IMG/VR virus record: IMGVR_UViG_3300028195_000003
Strand: one strand, 5' to 3'
From: an uncultured virus (IMG/VR IMGVR_UViG_3300028195_000003)
Taxonomy: Duplodnaviria; Heunggongvirae; Uroviricota; Caudoviricetes
Length of the DNA stretch: 64,000 nucleotides
Shown: in pieces, positions 26,202-35,492 of the stretch
Position numbering within the stretch: position 1 is the first letter of the stretch
Layout of the letters: every line of letters begins with the position of its first letter
Made by a program: the position numbers and the translations under genes
Notes under the pieces: generated by a model
Told to the model about the DNA's origin: nothing
Database searches by the model: none
What the model saw: the letters and a program-made list of their open reading frames with translations, nothing else

Positions 26202-26582
26202 TCACGTTGGACTGTTCAGCTTCTCCTTGACGATATCCAGGATCACCCTCGCCCTGCGGCTCGGCTGGCAAGTGAGAAATCCCCGTCCACGACCCTTGGC
26301 GTAGGGTGGATCGCATGGGAACTGCTCGGCGGTGACGTCAAGTCTCCGACCGTCCATGTGCTCCAGCCACCAGTGAGTAGACCCTCCGTACCGAACAGAG
26401 ACGGGCTTCCAGCCAGCCCCACGACCACCCAGCAGGTGCCACATGGCCTCGGAGCCCACATAGCAGTGCCCAGTGAGCGGGTGAGCTCCAGCGGCCACAC
26501 GGGCCTTGTACGGAGCCCTGAGCAGCTCCGGTCGTCCAGCCAGCTCATCCTTGACCAGCTGCGCTATCCGAGACTCATCCAT
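26202..26582 (-). CDS. Small Cys-His-Asp (transglutaminase/papain-like) protein
   Basis: GHCYVGSEA...THWWL...LDVTAEQF. Confidence 0.6.
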   Translation of the reverse strand: MDESRIAQLVKDELAGRPELLRAPYKARVAAGAHPLTGHCYVGSEAMWHLLGGRGAGWKPVSVRYGGSTHWWLEHMDGRRLDVTAEQFPCDPPYAKGRGRGFLTCQPSRRARVILDIVKEKLNSPT

Positions 26583-27075
26583 GGGTCACGTCGTCTTCGA
26601 TGACGTCGAAGCCAAGCCGTGTCAGCTTGCGGGCCTGCTCAGGCGTCATCCTCCCCATGTCCCGCATCGTCCAGAAAGGCTCACGGCTACCAGAGACGCT
26701 GGTGATCTTGACCCACCCTCCGTTCACGAGCTCGTCCTCCGTCGTTCCAAGGATGTACTTGGCGTAAGCGCTGTGCTCGTGCCAACCGCAGCGGTGGAAC
26801 GAGCCAGAGCGCTCGATCCATCCGGTCCGAACGCTCGTGTCTTTGCTCTGCTCCTTCAACCTGGCCCACATGCTGGTTCGGCTGAAGTCCAAGTCGAGCT
26901 CACGCTCCACCTCGACGGAGTCGAGCAGCTCGAAGTCCGTGATGCACTCCTCTGGACGAAACGATCCGCTCACGGAGTACCACCACATCTCACCATTCCG
27001 CCTCGTGGGCTGCATCCAGGAGATCTCCTCACCCCAGCTCTCCGTCTCCTTCACCAAGAACCAGCTCTCCATCAC
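26575..27075 (-). CDS. Hypothetical protein
   Basis: 166 aa, overlaps both neighbours in an operon-like run. Confidence 0.65.
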   Translation of the reverse strand: MMESWFLVKETESWGEEISWMQPTRRNGEMWWYSVSGSFRPEECITDFELLDSVEVERELDLDFSRTSMWARLKEQSKDTSVRTGWIERSGSFHRCGWHEHSAYAKYILGTTEDELVNGGWVKITSVSGSREPFWTMRDMGRMTPEQARKLTRLGFDVIEDDVTHG

Positions 27076-28019
27076 TTCTCCTCGGCCAGGGGCACCAGGA
27101 ACTCGAAGGCGGCGCCCGCCTCGGAGTCCACCAGCTCCAGCCTACCATTTCCTCCTGACATCAGTCGTTCGGCACAGCGTCGGGCCAGGTACAGGCCGGT
27201 GCCTCGGCTCTCGGACCTCATGCGAACGTCCTGGGTGTAGGGCAGGAACATGAGCTCACGGAAGTCCGCGGCCACCCCAGGACCGTTGTCCTGCACGCGC
27301 ACCACGGCCCACCTCGTGGTGTAGGAGTCGAGACCGATCCGCTTGGCCTCCTCGGGGTCATCGATGGTCTCGGTCTTGCTCTGAGCCCGGGCGGTGACCG
27401 TGACGCGAGGCTTGTCTGGAGCGTCACGACCGGCCTTGGCCTCATCCGACATGTAGCGCCACTTCCCCGACCAATAGATCGCGTTGTCCACCAAGAAGGA
27501 CAGCAGCGTGAGCAGGCTCCGCTGATGGGCCTGGAAGGTCAGCTCACGGAAAGAGTCATCGACGATCACCTCCGTACCGCTCGCCCGGATCACGTGACCG
27601 TGATCCGCCAGCAGCCAGCCAGCGGTCCATTCACCAGGGAGACGTTTACCGAAGGAGCTGGGCATCAGGGCATAGAGATGGTCGTTCTTCTGCCGCAGCT
27701 GCCTGGCGGCATCGGTGGCAGAGTTGACCTCTCTGGTCGCACCGTCATGCTTGACGAGCATGCGCCCCAGCCGACCGAGGTGGTAGAACAGGTTCCTGAA
27801 CTCTCCGTTGATCTCGTGAGACCCGGAGTGGAAGGCCATCGCAAGCAGCGTCCGCTCTTCATCGAGCTTCAACTGCTGCCGCTCGGTCTCGAGCAGGGAC
27901 CGCTCCCGGGCGATCTGCTCCCGGAGCTCAGCGATCCTTTCGAGGCGCGCCTGGTGCTTGGCCTGCAGCTCCTCGAGCTCCGAATCGCTCTTGTCTCGCA
28001 TCGGATCTACCATCCCCAC
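27072..28019 (-). CDS. Soluble sensor histidine kinase-like protein (HATPase_c)
   Basis: H-box-like SHEING, N-box LVDNAI, G1 VQDNGPGV, F-box MFLPY, G2 GTGLYLAR; N-terminal coiled coil. Confidence 0.85.
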   Translation of the reverse strand: MGMVDPMRDKSDSELEELQAKHQARLERIAELREQIARERSLLETERQQLKLDEERTLLAMAFHSGSHEINGEFRNLFYHLGRLGRMLVKHDGATREVNSATDAARQLRQKNDHLYALMPSSFGKRLPGEWTAGWLLADHGHVIRASGTEVIVDDSFRELTFQAHQRSLLTLLSFLVDNAIYWSGKWRYMSDEAKAGRDAPDKPRVTVTARAQSKTETIDDPEEAKRIGLDSYTTRWAVVRVQDNGPGVAADFRELMFLPYTQDVRMRSESRGTGLYLARRCAERLMSGGNGRLELVDSEAGAAFEFLVPLAEEK

Positions 28020-28405
28020 TCCCTCTTCTCTTCATCGGTCCTGCTCGGGTGCGGCTGGCCCTCGACGAACTCCCAGACCCGCTTGCAGGTCTCGACGCCC
28101 GTCATGCTCTTCGCAAGCGCTGGATGCAACACGTCGACGATGCCGTGGACCGTCCGATCGGTCATCAGGCTCTCGACATGGGACCGGACATCGTCCAGCG
28201 CGTCCTGCCGGGCCTTGTCGATCAGTTGGACGATGTGGGAGTAGGCGTCGCCCTCCTTGTCCTCCCAGCCTGCCTCCTCGAGCACCTCGACCAGGCCCTC
28301 GGGCAGCGCTGTCACCAGTGCCTCACAGACAGCCTCGTGTTCCAGGTCTGCGCCCTGGGCTGGACCGCAGGACGGGCAGGCAAAATCTCCACACATGCAC
28401 GGCAT
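28007..28405 (-). CDS. Hypothetical protein with N-terminal Cys cluster
   Basis: MPCMCGDFACPSCG after AGGAGGAG RBS. Confidence 0.65.
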   Translation of the reverse strand: MPCMCGDFACPSCGPAQGADLEHEAVCEALVTALPEGLVEVLEEAGWEDKEGDAYSHIVQLIDKARQDALDDVRSHVESLMTDRTVHGIVDVLHPALAKSMTGVETCKRVWEFVEGQPHPSRTDEEKREWGW

Positions 28406-28407
28406 GA

Positions 28408-28737
28408 TTACTCCTCCTGCTCTTGCAGGCCCTGCAGCCAGACCAGCGAGTCGTCCAGCTCCCACTGCTTGCTCTTCAGCATGGGGTGGTCGTGTCCGAC
28501 GCGCAGCTCGATGAGATCCATACTCTGCTTGTCGTCCCAGTAGGTGCCCCAGGTGGGCTCCGTTCCGGTGGCCTCGTAGGCCTCGAAGTGCCAGTCGCGG
28601 TCGAGATCGACCTCGCGCTCGGCCTGGTGCTGGATCTCCTGACCGAGCAGCCAGGCGTCGCCCGGGCCGAGCAAGGCAGCGAGCTTCGAGACGGTTTTGT
28701 GAATGCGCAGGCCGAGCTGCAGCTTGTCGCGGATCAT
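28408..28737 (-). CDS. Hypothetical protein
   Basis: 109 aa below promoter 28773-28801. Confidence 0.65.
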   Translation of the reverse strand: MIRDKLQLGLRIHKTVSKLAALLGPGDAWLLGQEIQHQAEREVDLDRDWHFEAYEATGTEPTWGTYWDDKQSMDLIELRVGHDHPMLKSKQWELDDSLVWLQGLQEQEE

Positions 28738-28772
28738 GGTGATTCCCCTCGATGGATGATTGCTGTCCCTAA

Positions 28773-28801
28773 AAGGTAACGCCTGCCACCGTCAGTAGCA
28801 A
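28773..28801 (-). promoter_or_regulatory. sigma70-like promoter with YAC-N5-GTR operator
   Basis: TTGCTA-17-TACCTT containing TGCTAC-N5-GTGGCA. Confidence 0.7.
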
Positions 28802-28813
28802 GCGTTCCGTGAA

Positions 28814-30031
28814 TCAGGCCGCCATATCGGAAGTGGCCGAGCTCTCTTCGGCGCCCTCCTCACCGAACAGGTAGCTCATGGCCTCCCGGCTCATGCGGGC
28901 CGCGGTATGGATGGCGTACTTGTCGTCCTCGATCTTCTCAAGCCAGGACTTGACGTAGGAGGCGTGGTCATCGCGCAGCTCGGACTCGATGCCCATGGCG
29001 TGGCAGAGGCTGGCGGCGCCGATCTCGGCCACCAGCTCTTCGAAGGCGTAGGCGCCAGAGCCAAAGCGGTTGCCCAGCTGCCGGTCCAGTGGCTTGGAGG
29101 TGGCGTGCACCATCTCATGCAGCAGCGTGGAGCAGTAGCGGACCAGGCCCTTCTCGGCGCTCTTGGCTGTGAACTGGGCCACGGTGGGCATCCAGATCTC
29201 GTGGGTAGAGGGGCGGTAGAAGGCACGGTCGCCACCATTGGACAGCTTGCAGCCGGTCGCTGCAGAGAAGTGGGCCCAGACCGACGCCACCTGGGGGTAA
29301 GCCTCGGCGACCTCGACGGGGATACCGATGGCGGCCGGGTCCTTCACGCGGGGCAGCGTCACGACCATCTTCTTGGCCTGGCGCTTCTTGGACTCGGGGA
29401 GGCAGTCACACTGGTCCCAGTTGAACACCGAGTAGACCCGGCAGCTGGGGATGCTGCGGACCTTCAGGCCGCCACTGGCGATCTGGTCCTTGGTGGGCTT
29501 GCGGACGACGTTTCCGCTGCTGTCGGAGTAGGCCTTGAAGAAGCTCCAGAAGAACACCGGGGTGCCCTTCTCGCCGCGACGCACACCCGGGCAGGGGTCG
29601 TCGCCCAAGGGAGCGTCACCCTCACCGGCCCAGCTCCAGCCCCAGCCGGAGACGATCTCGCCGTCATCGTCGGTCTTGGTGCCCTCGGCGGCGTAGCCGA
29701 GCTTGATCAGGTTGGCGGTGGCCAGCTTCTTGGCCTGCTTGAAAGTGGTCCAGGACTGACTGCGATAGCCAGCCTCGGCCGCCGTGGCGTCCAGGAACCA
29801 GACGTTCAAGCCGTTGTAGCAACGACCGGAGGTTCCGTTGTAGTGGCCGCTGTTCGGACGGATGGTCACGGTCTCGTGATCCACCTCGACGGTACCGAAA
29901 GCCCAGGGCTTGTGCCAGGGCAGGGGCGTTCCTTCTTCCTGGCTCTTCTTGATGAGGGCAGCGATCTGCTCGGCGACGCGGGTCACGGAGTCGGTCTTGG
30001 GCTTGCGGGGGCTCTTGGTCTTGCGGGCCAT
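28814..30031 (-). CDS. ardC: ArdC-like antirestriction ssDNA-binding protein with zincin-like domain
   Basis: PWHKPW, YNGLN, WTTFKQA, VRRGEKG, VFNWDQ, AFYRP, LLHEMVHAT, YAFEELVAEIGA, HASYVKSW. Confidence 0.92.
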   Translation of the reverse strand: MARKTKSPRKPKTDSVTRVAEQIAALIKKSQEEGTPLPWHKPWAFGTVEVDHETVTIRPNSGHYNGTSGRCYNGLNVWFLDATAAEAGYRSQSWTTFKQAKKLATANLIKLGYAAEGTKTDDDGEIVSGWGWSWAGEGDAPLGDDPCPGVRRGEKGTPVFFWSFFKAYSDSSGNVVRKPTKDQIASGGLKVRSIPSCRVYSVFNWDQCDCLPESKKRQAKKMVVTLPRVKDPAAIGIPVEVAEAYPQVASVWAHFSAATGCKLSNGGDRAFYRPSTHEIWMPTVAQFTAKSAEKGLVRYCSTLLHEMVHATSKPLDRQLGNRFGSGAYAFEELVAEIGAASLCHAMGIESELRDDHASYVKSWLEKIEDDKYAIHTAARMSREAMSYLFGEEGAEESSATSDMAA

Positions 30032-30144
30032 GGGATTCTCCTGTCCGTTGAAGGTGACAATAACCTATCACCTGCTACTGACAGTGGCAACACCATCCCA
30101 CACTTTTTTTCGAGGGACGATCGATCCTCGCGATCGCTACCGCT
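30021..30144. repeat. 124-bp imperfect direct repeat, copy 1 (stop-promoter-RBS-start unit)
   Basis: Matches 30837-30960 at offset 816; contains TTGCCA-17-TAGGTT (30062-30090). Confidence 0.85.
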
Positions 30145-30847
30145 GGGTGGCAGCCTCGGGGAAAGGCAAGAGCTGGGTCAGCTGTGTGGCAATGAAGGCT
30201 CGACAGCGAGCTTCGATCTCTCTCAGCTGGGCAGTCCGCGCCTCGGCAGCGTTGAGGCGAGTGAGCTTGTCCTCCGCCCGTTGGAGGTTCCGATCCCAGA
30301 GCGCTCGGCGCTCGGTGCGATCTTCATGGGTCATCGGAATCTGGATCCACTCCCCGTCTACACGTTGACCTCGAGTCTTCGGCTCCTCGGGGTTACCCAG
30401 AAGCTCTGCCAAGTGGTCCCGGATATGCATCGTGCGAAGGACATCTCGCCGGAGATCTTGCAACTCCTTGTGAGCCAGCCCTCGGTAGTAGGACGCGCAG
30501 TGCGACGGATCCCGCTCGAACCACGCTCGCGCAAGGCGTAGACCGATCTCGAAGAGCTCGTCCGCCCGATCGTGGTCGATCTTGTACGACCCTTGGCGAC
30601 GACTCCACGTGATGGACCCGTCGCGCTCAATGGCCGCACCATAGGAGAAAAGGCCCGGGGCCGACTCCTCGTCCCCCGTCGGGTGTGCGTAGAAGTGGAG
30701 ACCAGTGCAGTACGAGGTGTTCCCGACAGGCTGGAGGACGAACAGCCCCTCCGGTAGCGTGACGAGGCGCTTGGGGTCGTCGGCCACCCAAGGCAGCTTC
30801 CGCTTCCTTCGCGGAAGTGCGGGGCCATCCACGGGATTGCGGGCCAT
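30137..30847 (-). CDS. Hypothetical protein bracketed by direct repeats
   Basis: 236 aa, AGGAG RBS. Confidence 0.7.
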   Translation of the reverse strand: MARNPVDGPALPRRKRKLPWVADDPKRLVTLPEGLFVLQPVGNTSYCTGLHFYAHPTGDEESAPGLFSYGAAIERDGSITWSRRQGSYKIDHDRADELFEIGLRLARAWFERDPSHCASYYRGLAHKELQDLRRDVLRTMHIRDHLAELLGNPEEPKTRGQRVDGEWIQIPMTHEDRTERRALWDRNLQRAEDKLTRLNAAEARTAQLREIEARCRAFIATQLTQLLPFPEAATQR

Positions 30848-30960
30848 CGGGCTCTCCTGTCTGACTTAGGTGACAACAACCTATCACCTTCTACTGACAG
30901 TGGCAACGCCGTCCCACACTTTCTTTTGAGGTACGATCGACCCCCTCGATCGCTACCGCT
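30837..30960. repeat. 124-bp imperfect direct repeat, copy 2
   Basis: Matches 30021-30144; promoter at 30878-30906. Confidence 0.85.
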
Positions 30961-32623
30961 TCTTCTTGCCGCGAGCCCGGCTCCTATGCCATGCGTAACC
31001 ACCCGCCACAGCGGCGCTCCCAAGCAGCAGAGCGGCCAAGGCTCCACCACCTCCTCCAGTTCCCTGTTCCTCGACAGGCTCGAGGCGAGGGGGGAGGTCG
31101 GGGCCAGGTGCAACGGCAGGGGGCTGCATCGGATCTGGCATCGGCTGCATCGTCTCCGGCTGCCTATCGATGACAGGAGGCGTGACGGGCTCGGGAGAGA
31201 GACCAGGTGCAAGAGCGGGTTCTGTTCCGCTATCGAGCTCGCCACAGCTACCAGGCACCATGTCGCCCGGATCGAGGTTCAGCTCTTCGGAATACGGATC
31301 CATGCTCCCCTCGGCCAGCACGATGGCGTTTCCGACATCTTCTTTGACCTCCAGGAAGACCTCCTCGTCGAGGTTCAGGCTCGACGTCCCTTCATCCTTG
31401 ATCTTCCACATCAGCGGAACCAGCATGGCGCACAGCCCACCGATCCCCAGCGCCACCTGACGGGGCAGCTCACCCTCGATGGATCCGAGAGAAGCCACGG
31501 TCATCTGCACTGACAAGATCAGCGCGTCCATGTCTCGCTCCAGGGCGTCCTCGTCGATGGAGTCGTCCATGGCGACATCTGCCAGGGCTCCCGTCACCGC
31601 ATACAGCTCCGTCAGGTGCTGGACAACCATGGGGCTCTGCACACCGTTGGCGGCCATGCAGCGCGCTGCGAGCATGAGAGAGTAGCCCTCGGAGCGCAAG
31701 TCGAGGGCCTCGACATCGTCGAAGTCCGGCTCACGCTCGTCCTCGTCTCCGCCTTCGATGAGGGCGAAGTCCATGTCATCGTCCTCATCACTGCCAGCAT
31801 CGATAGTGAGGTCGAGGTCGTCCTCTTCGTCCAGCACATCACCCACAGGACCTTCGTCCTCGTCACTTCCGGCATCGATAGTGAGATCGAGGTCGTCGTC
31901 AGAGTCGAGTTCCTCTGCATCCTCGACGTCATCGTCGACATCAGCCGACGTTCGATCGTCCAACACCGCATCGAGCTGGTCACCGTAAATGCGCACGAGA
32001 GCGAGCCCTTCCCTGTACCGATCGATGGCTTCACCGAGGTCTCCGAGAGCGGCCAGGCCCGAGAGGAAGACCTGGTGAGGAGACGCGGGATGCTCATCAC
32101 CCTTCCACTGGAGAAGCTCCCTGACGACATCTGGAAGCTCATCAACGATCCCGTTGTAGAGCAAGGCGAGATCCTTGACCTCGGACCTGGCGAAGTAGGT
32201 CGCGAACCCACCAGCGCCGACCGCAGCCCACTCCTCACCCGTTGCTGGAATCACCCTGACAAGCCCCTGAACCATATCGATGAGGTCCCGATTCAGATCA
32301 TCGGTCACCCCCTTCATCTCGAGGACCATCTCCTCGTTCATTCCACGATCTTCCGCGGCCTCGAGGAGACTCTCCGCACGCCCTGTCGACTTGTAGATCT
32401 GGACCATATTCGTGACCATCACCGGGATAATCACGACGAACTCGGAGAGATCCAGCGAGAGAGTGTCCGCCGCAGCCAGAACGCAGTCCATGGCGATATC
32501 CTCGGCGATCTCACCCCATGGGGGTCGCTCCTGGAGCTCATCCAGCAGACCCTCTGCCCCCTCCTCCGTCTCGGGAAACTCGTCCTCGGCTCCAAAGGCT
32601 TCCCAGTCGATGATACCGCTCAT
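30953..32623 (-). CDS. Very acidic protein with Pro-rich linker and Gly-rich C-terminal membrane anchor
   Basis: DDLDLTIDAGSDED twice; ends GGGGGALAALLLGSAAVAGGYAWHRSRARGKKKR. Confidence 0.8.
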   Translation of the reverse strand: MSGIIDWEAFGAEDEFPETEEGAEGLLDELQERPPWGEIAEDIAMDCVLAAADTLSLDLSEFVVIIPVMVTNMVQIYKSTGRAESLLEAAEDRGMNEEMVLEMKGVTDDLNRDLIDMVQGLVRVIPATGEEWAAVGAGGFATYFARSEVKDLALLYNGIVDELPDVVRELLQWKGDEHPASPHQVFLSGLAALGDLGEAIDRYREGLALVRIYGDQLDAVLDDRTSADVDDDVEDAEELDSDDDLDLTIDAGSDEDEGPVGDVLDEEDDLDLTIDAGSDEDDDMDFALIEGGDEDEREPDFDDVEALDLRSEGYSLMLAARCMAANGVQSPMVVQHLTELYAVTGALADVAMDDSIDEDALERDMDALILSVQMTVASLGSIEGELPRQVALGIGGLCAMLVPLMWKIKDEGTSSLNLDEEVFLEVKEDVGNAIVLAEGSMDPYSEELNLDPGDMVPGSCGELDSGTEPALAPGLSPEPVTPPVIDRQPETMQPMPDPMQPPAVAPGPDLPPRLEPVEEQGTGGGGGALAALLLGSAAVAGGYAWHRSRARGKKKR

Positions 32624-32677
32624 GGCGCTCTCCGGTGGATGTACGTGCCTGGAGAATAGCCCAGGAAGAGCTCGGGC

Positions 32678-34243
32678 TCAATCCCTGGGCGGAAACTCCG
32701 ACCTCGACAGAGCCTCACGCATCTTCTCGTCCAGGCCATACAGCGCCGAGACCATGGCGTTCACGTTGGACCATTCACTCTCGTCCCCCAGCGAACAGGA
32801 GGTGTACCTGGTATCGAGAATGGACCCGTACAGTCCAGCGGTGGGCTTGGGAATCGGAAGCTTCGACAGAGTGGACGGCAGGAAAGACAGGTAGCCCCCG
32901 CCCTTGCGGCTGCCCGCGTTGAGGGACTCGTAGAACAAGTGGAAGATGTCCGAGGACAACACCAGCGCCAACCACCACAGCCACCAGCGCGGCACGCCGG
33001 GCCTCGGGATCAGCGCCAAGAAGGTGTCCTTGAGCACGTAGCCGCCGTCCAGGTCCACAGCGCAGCGCAGCCGGCGTGCGTTCTGGCACACCACCAGCTT
33101 GGGACCATCGAACATCGACAGCGGAGGCAGTTGGTTCTTGTCCTCCCTGGCCTTCTCTTCATCGTAGTCGATCCACGTCCCGTCCCAGCGAATCGTCAGC
33201 CATCCGACCTCCCGGTTCCCAGCGTAGGGGACCCCGCCTACGAACTTGCGAGCGTGCGGCGTCTTCGGCTCTTCGGAGAAGACGTAGTCATCCCGAAGCC
33301 CTGCACGGTGAAAGCTCACGCACCACCGAACGTCGACGATCCGATCCAGGGTCACCGTCTCGGATCCGGTCAGGGCCCGGATGATGCAGTCCTGAAGGCC
33401 GGGCTCCGACGGCAGCACGGGCCAGGACGGTGGACCACCAGGCATCATGCGATCGAGCAGGCCAGCCGGAAGGAACACTCCACCCGTAGAGATGATCCCG
33501 GGAACCTCATGACGGCTTCCGGCCACGGGCTTTCGCATCTTCAGCACCACCGGATAGACCGCGGTACCAGAGAACACGTCCTGGCCGGACAGATCTTCGA
33601 TATCGACCACGACGTTACGAACAATCGATCCACGCAGATCACGAGCCCACTTCGCGGACAGGATCCGGTTGGGAACGATGAGCACCGCCTCGGCCCCGTC
33701 GATGACCAAGTTCAATGCCACCTCGAGGAAGGCCCCGTACAGGTCGAAAGCGCCCCGAGCCGCGGTCGGGCAGTAGTGCTTGACGTGCTCCTTGAGCGCA
33801 TCCGACATACGTTTGGACTCCAGGTAGGGAGGGTTCCCGACGACCCACTGAATCCCGGACGGATCGGGCATCGACAGCAAGTCCCCTTCGACGACCTGGA
33901 TACATAGATCGTCTTCGAGACCGAGCTCTTGTTCGAGAGCCCGCATCCTGGTGCTGACTCCGTCGAACGGATCCGAGATATCGATCGCGACGATCCTGTG
34001 AGACACGTCGATCGGATCCGCCCCCCGCTCTGCAGCCACCCTGATCGCAGCCTCGGTGAAGACTCCGTCCCCACAGCCAGCATCGAGAAGAATGCCATGG
34101 TTCGAGGGCCAGGTCTCCAGCTTACGGACCATGTCCATGGCCACAGACAACGGTGTCGCGACATGTCCCCTGGACTTCTCTGCGCTCGTCTTGCGACCGG
34201 CCTGGGAATCCCTCGGGGCGTACAGCTCAGTCCAGTCGCTCAT
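32678..34243 (-). CDS. Orphan N6-adenine DNA methyltransferase (Eco57I/TaqI-like)
   Basis: Motif I LLDAGCGDGVF, motif IV VVGNPPY, DLYGAFLE and a TaqI-like C-terminal region. Confidence 0.9.
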   Translation of the reverse strand: MSDWTELYAPRDSQAGRKTSAEKSRGHVATPLSVAMDMVRKLETWPSNHGILLDAGCGDGVFTEAAIRVAAERGADPIDVSHRIVAIDISDPFDGVSTRMRALEQELGLEDDLCIQVVEGDLLSMPDPSGIQWVVGNPPYLESKRMSDALKEHVKHYCPTAARGAFDLYGAFLEVALNLVIDGAEAVLIVPNRILSAKWARDLRGSIVRNVVVDIEDLSGQDVFSGTAVYPVVLKMRKPVAGSRHEVPGIISTGGVFLPAGLLDRMMPGGPPSWPVLPSEPGLQDCIIRALTGSETVTLDRIVDVRWCVSFHRAGLRDDYVFSEEPKTPHARKFVGGVPYAGNREVGWLTIRWDGTWIDYDEEKAREDKNQLPPLSMFDGPKLVVCQNARRLRCAVDLDGGYVLKDTFLALIPRPGVPRWWLWWLALVLSSDIFHLFYESLNAGSRKGGGYLSFLPSTLSKLPIPKPTAGLYGSILDTRYTSCSLGDESEWSNVNAMVSALYGLDEKMREALSRSEFPPRD

Positions 34244-34262
34244 GAAACCTCCTCAGTCCATG

Positions 34263-34291
34263 AAGATAACAAGCTCTACTGTCAGTGGCAA
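34263..34291 (-). promoter_or_regulatory. sigma70-like promoter with YAC-N5-GTR operator (MTase gene)
   Basis: TTGCCA-17-TATCTT. Confidence 0.7.
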
Positions 34292-34352
34292 ATAATCAAG
34301 GCTGCCCAAAGTCACATGGTCGTGATACCATAGGCCACGACAGGAGGTCCCC

Positions 34353-34616
34353 ATGTCCGACAAGAAGTCCTTCCGCTGGCCTTGGCAGTCCCCGAGCGAC
34401 GGCGGATTTTCCTACACCACCCTGTGGCTCAACATCGCCTGCGTCATCACCGTGCTGCGTTTCCTGGTTGGCGAGCAGCTCACCATCGGCTCCCTGGACT
34501 GGAACCCAGGAGAGATGGACGCTGCACTCCCCGGAGCCATCCTCGCAGCCCTGGGCGCCATCTACTGGGGGCGCCGCAACACCGAAGGCACAGGAACCTC
34601 GGACGGCACTCCCTGA
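34353..34616 (+). CDS. Holin-like small membrane protein
   Basis: 87 aa, two hydrophobic segments, AGGAGG RBS, upstream of a peptidoglycan hydrolase. Confidence 0.55.
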   Translation: MSDKKSFRWPWQSPSDGGFSYTTLWLNIACVITVLRFLVGEQLTIGSLDWNPGEMDAALPGAILAALGAIYWGRRNTEGTGTSDGTP

Positions 34617-35011
34617 TGTGGGACGCGATCCCCTGGATCCTGCTCGCCTCGGGTCTCGGCCTGATCGGCTGGATCGTCTACCTGAAGTTCACTGGAAAGA
34701 ACGTCCCCAAGTGGATGATCTGGCTATCCTACGCCCTCAACGCCTTCGCTATGCTGGCGCTGGCGCTTCGCGGGATCGGCCGCGGATCCACCAGCAGTGA
34801 TGGCGAAGACGACGTCCCGACGCCCACCCCCGTCCCGAAGCCCGAACCCCACCTCGATGATGCAGAAGACATCGTCGAGGATGCGAAAGAGGACGGTAAG
34901 AAGGCGGCAGAGGACAAGAGAGACGAAGGGGACGCCCCCGCAGCCTCTGGCTTCGCATCCACCTTCGGCTCCGACATCGGCAAACCAAAGCCGCCCAAGG
35001 ACACACCATGA
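34616..35011 (+). CDS. Two-TM membrane protein with charged tail
   Basis: TGATG coupling; MWDAIPWILL... Confidence 0.65.
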   Translation: MWDAIPWILLASGLGLIGWIVYLKFTGKNVPKWMIWLSYALNAFAMLALALRGIGRGSTSSDGEDDVPTPTPVPKPEPHLDDAEDIVEDAKEDGKKAAEDKRDEGDAPAASGFASTFGSDIGKPKPPKDTP

Positions 35012-35436
35012 TGACCATCCTCATCGCGCTCCTGCTCTGCGCCACGTCCCTCGGAGCGGATGTGGAGACCAACGAGCACGGTGCCGTCATCCTCGTACGA
35101 CCTACCGGGGACGAACAGGTCACCATCGTCCCGACCACCATCCCCGGCATCGAGCACCACTGGGTGGTCCACCCAGACGCCATCCGTGAAGCGAACGCCA
35201 GGGTCGCCGAGCTGGAGCCCTATGTCGAAGCCACCCAGAAGCTGACAGAGGAGATCGCTGCTTGCGACGAAGAACGAGAGACCGACGCCGAGGCCTATGG
35301 CAACACCGCCCACGATCTCACCGTCTGCAAGGCGTCCCTGAAGGAGTGCCGCAGGGAGAAGTGGCGAGCCTTTGCCATGGGAGGGACCGGGGGCGCTGCG
35401 GCCGCTACCATCATCTTCATCCTGATCCTGCTGTAG
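35008..35436 (+). CDS. Signal peptide + coiled coil + C-terminal TM protein (spanin-like?)
   Basis: N-terminal hydrophobic signal, central coiled coil with Cys residues, C-terminal IIFILILL. Confidence 0.55.
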   Translation: MMTILIALLLCATSLGADVETNEHGAVILVRPTGDEQVTIVPTTIPGIEHHWVVHPDAIREANARVAELEPYVEATQKLTEEIAACDEERETDAEAYGNTAHDLTVCKASLKECRREKWRAFAMGGTGGAAAATIIFILILL

Positions 35437-35492
35437 CCACGCTGGTACCACGACCATCTTCGGGGTACGATGAGCTCGCAGGAGGTGGCTAA

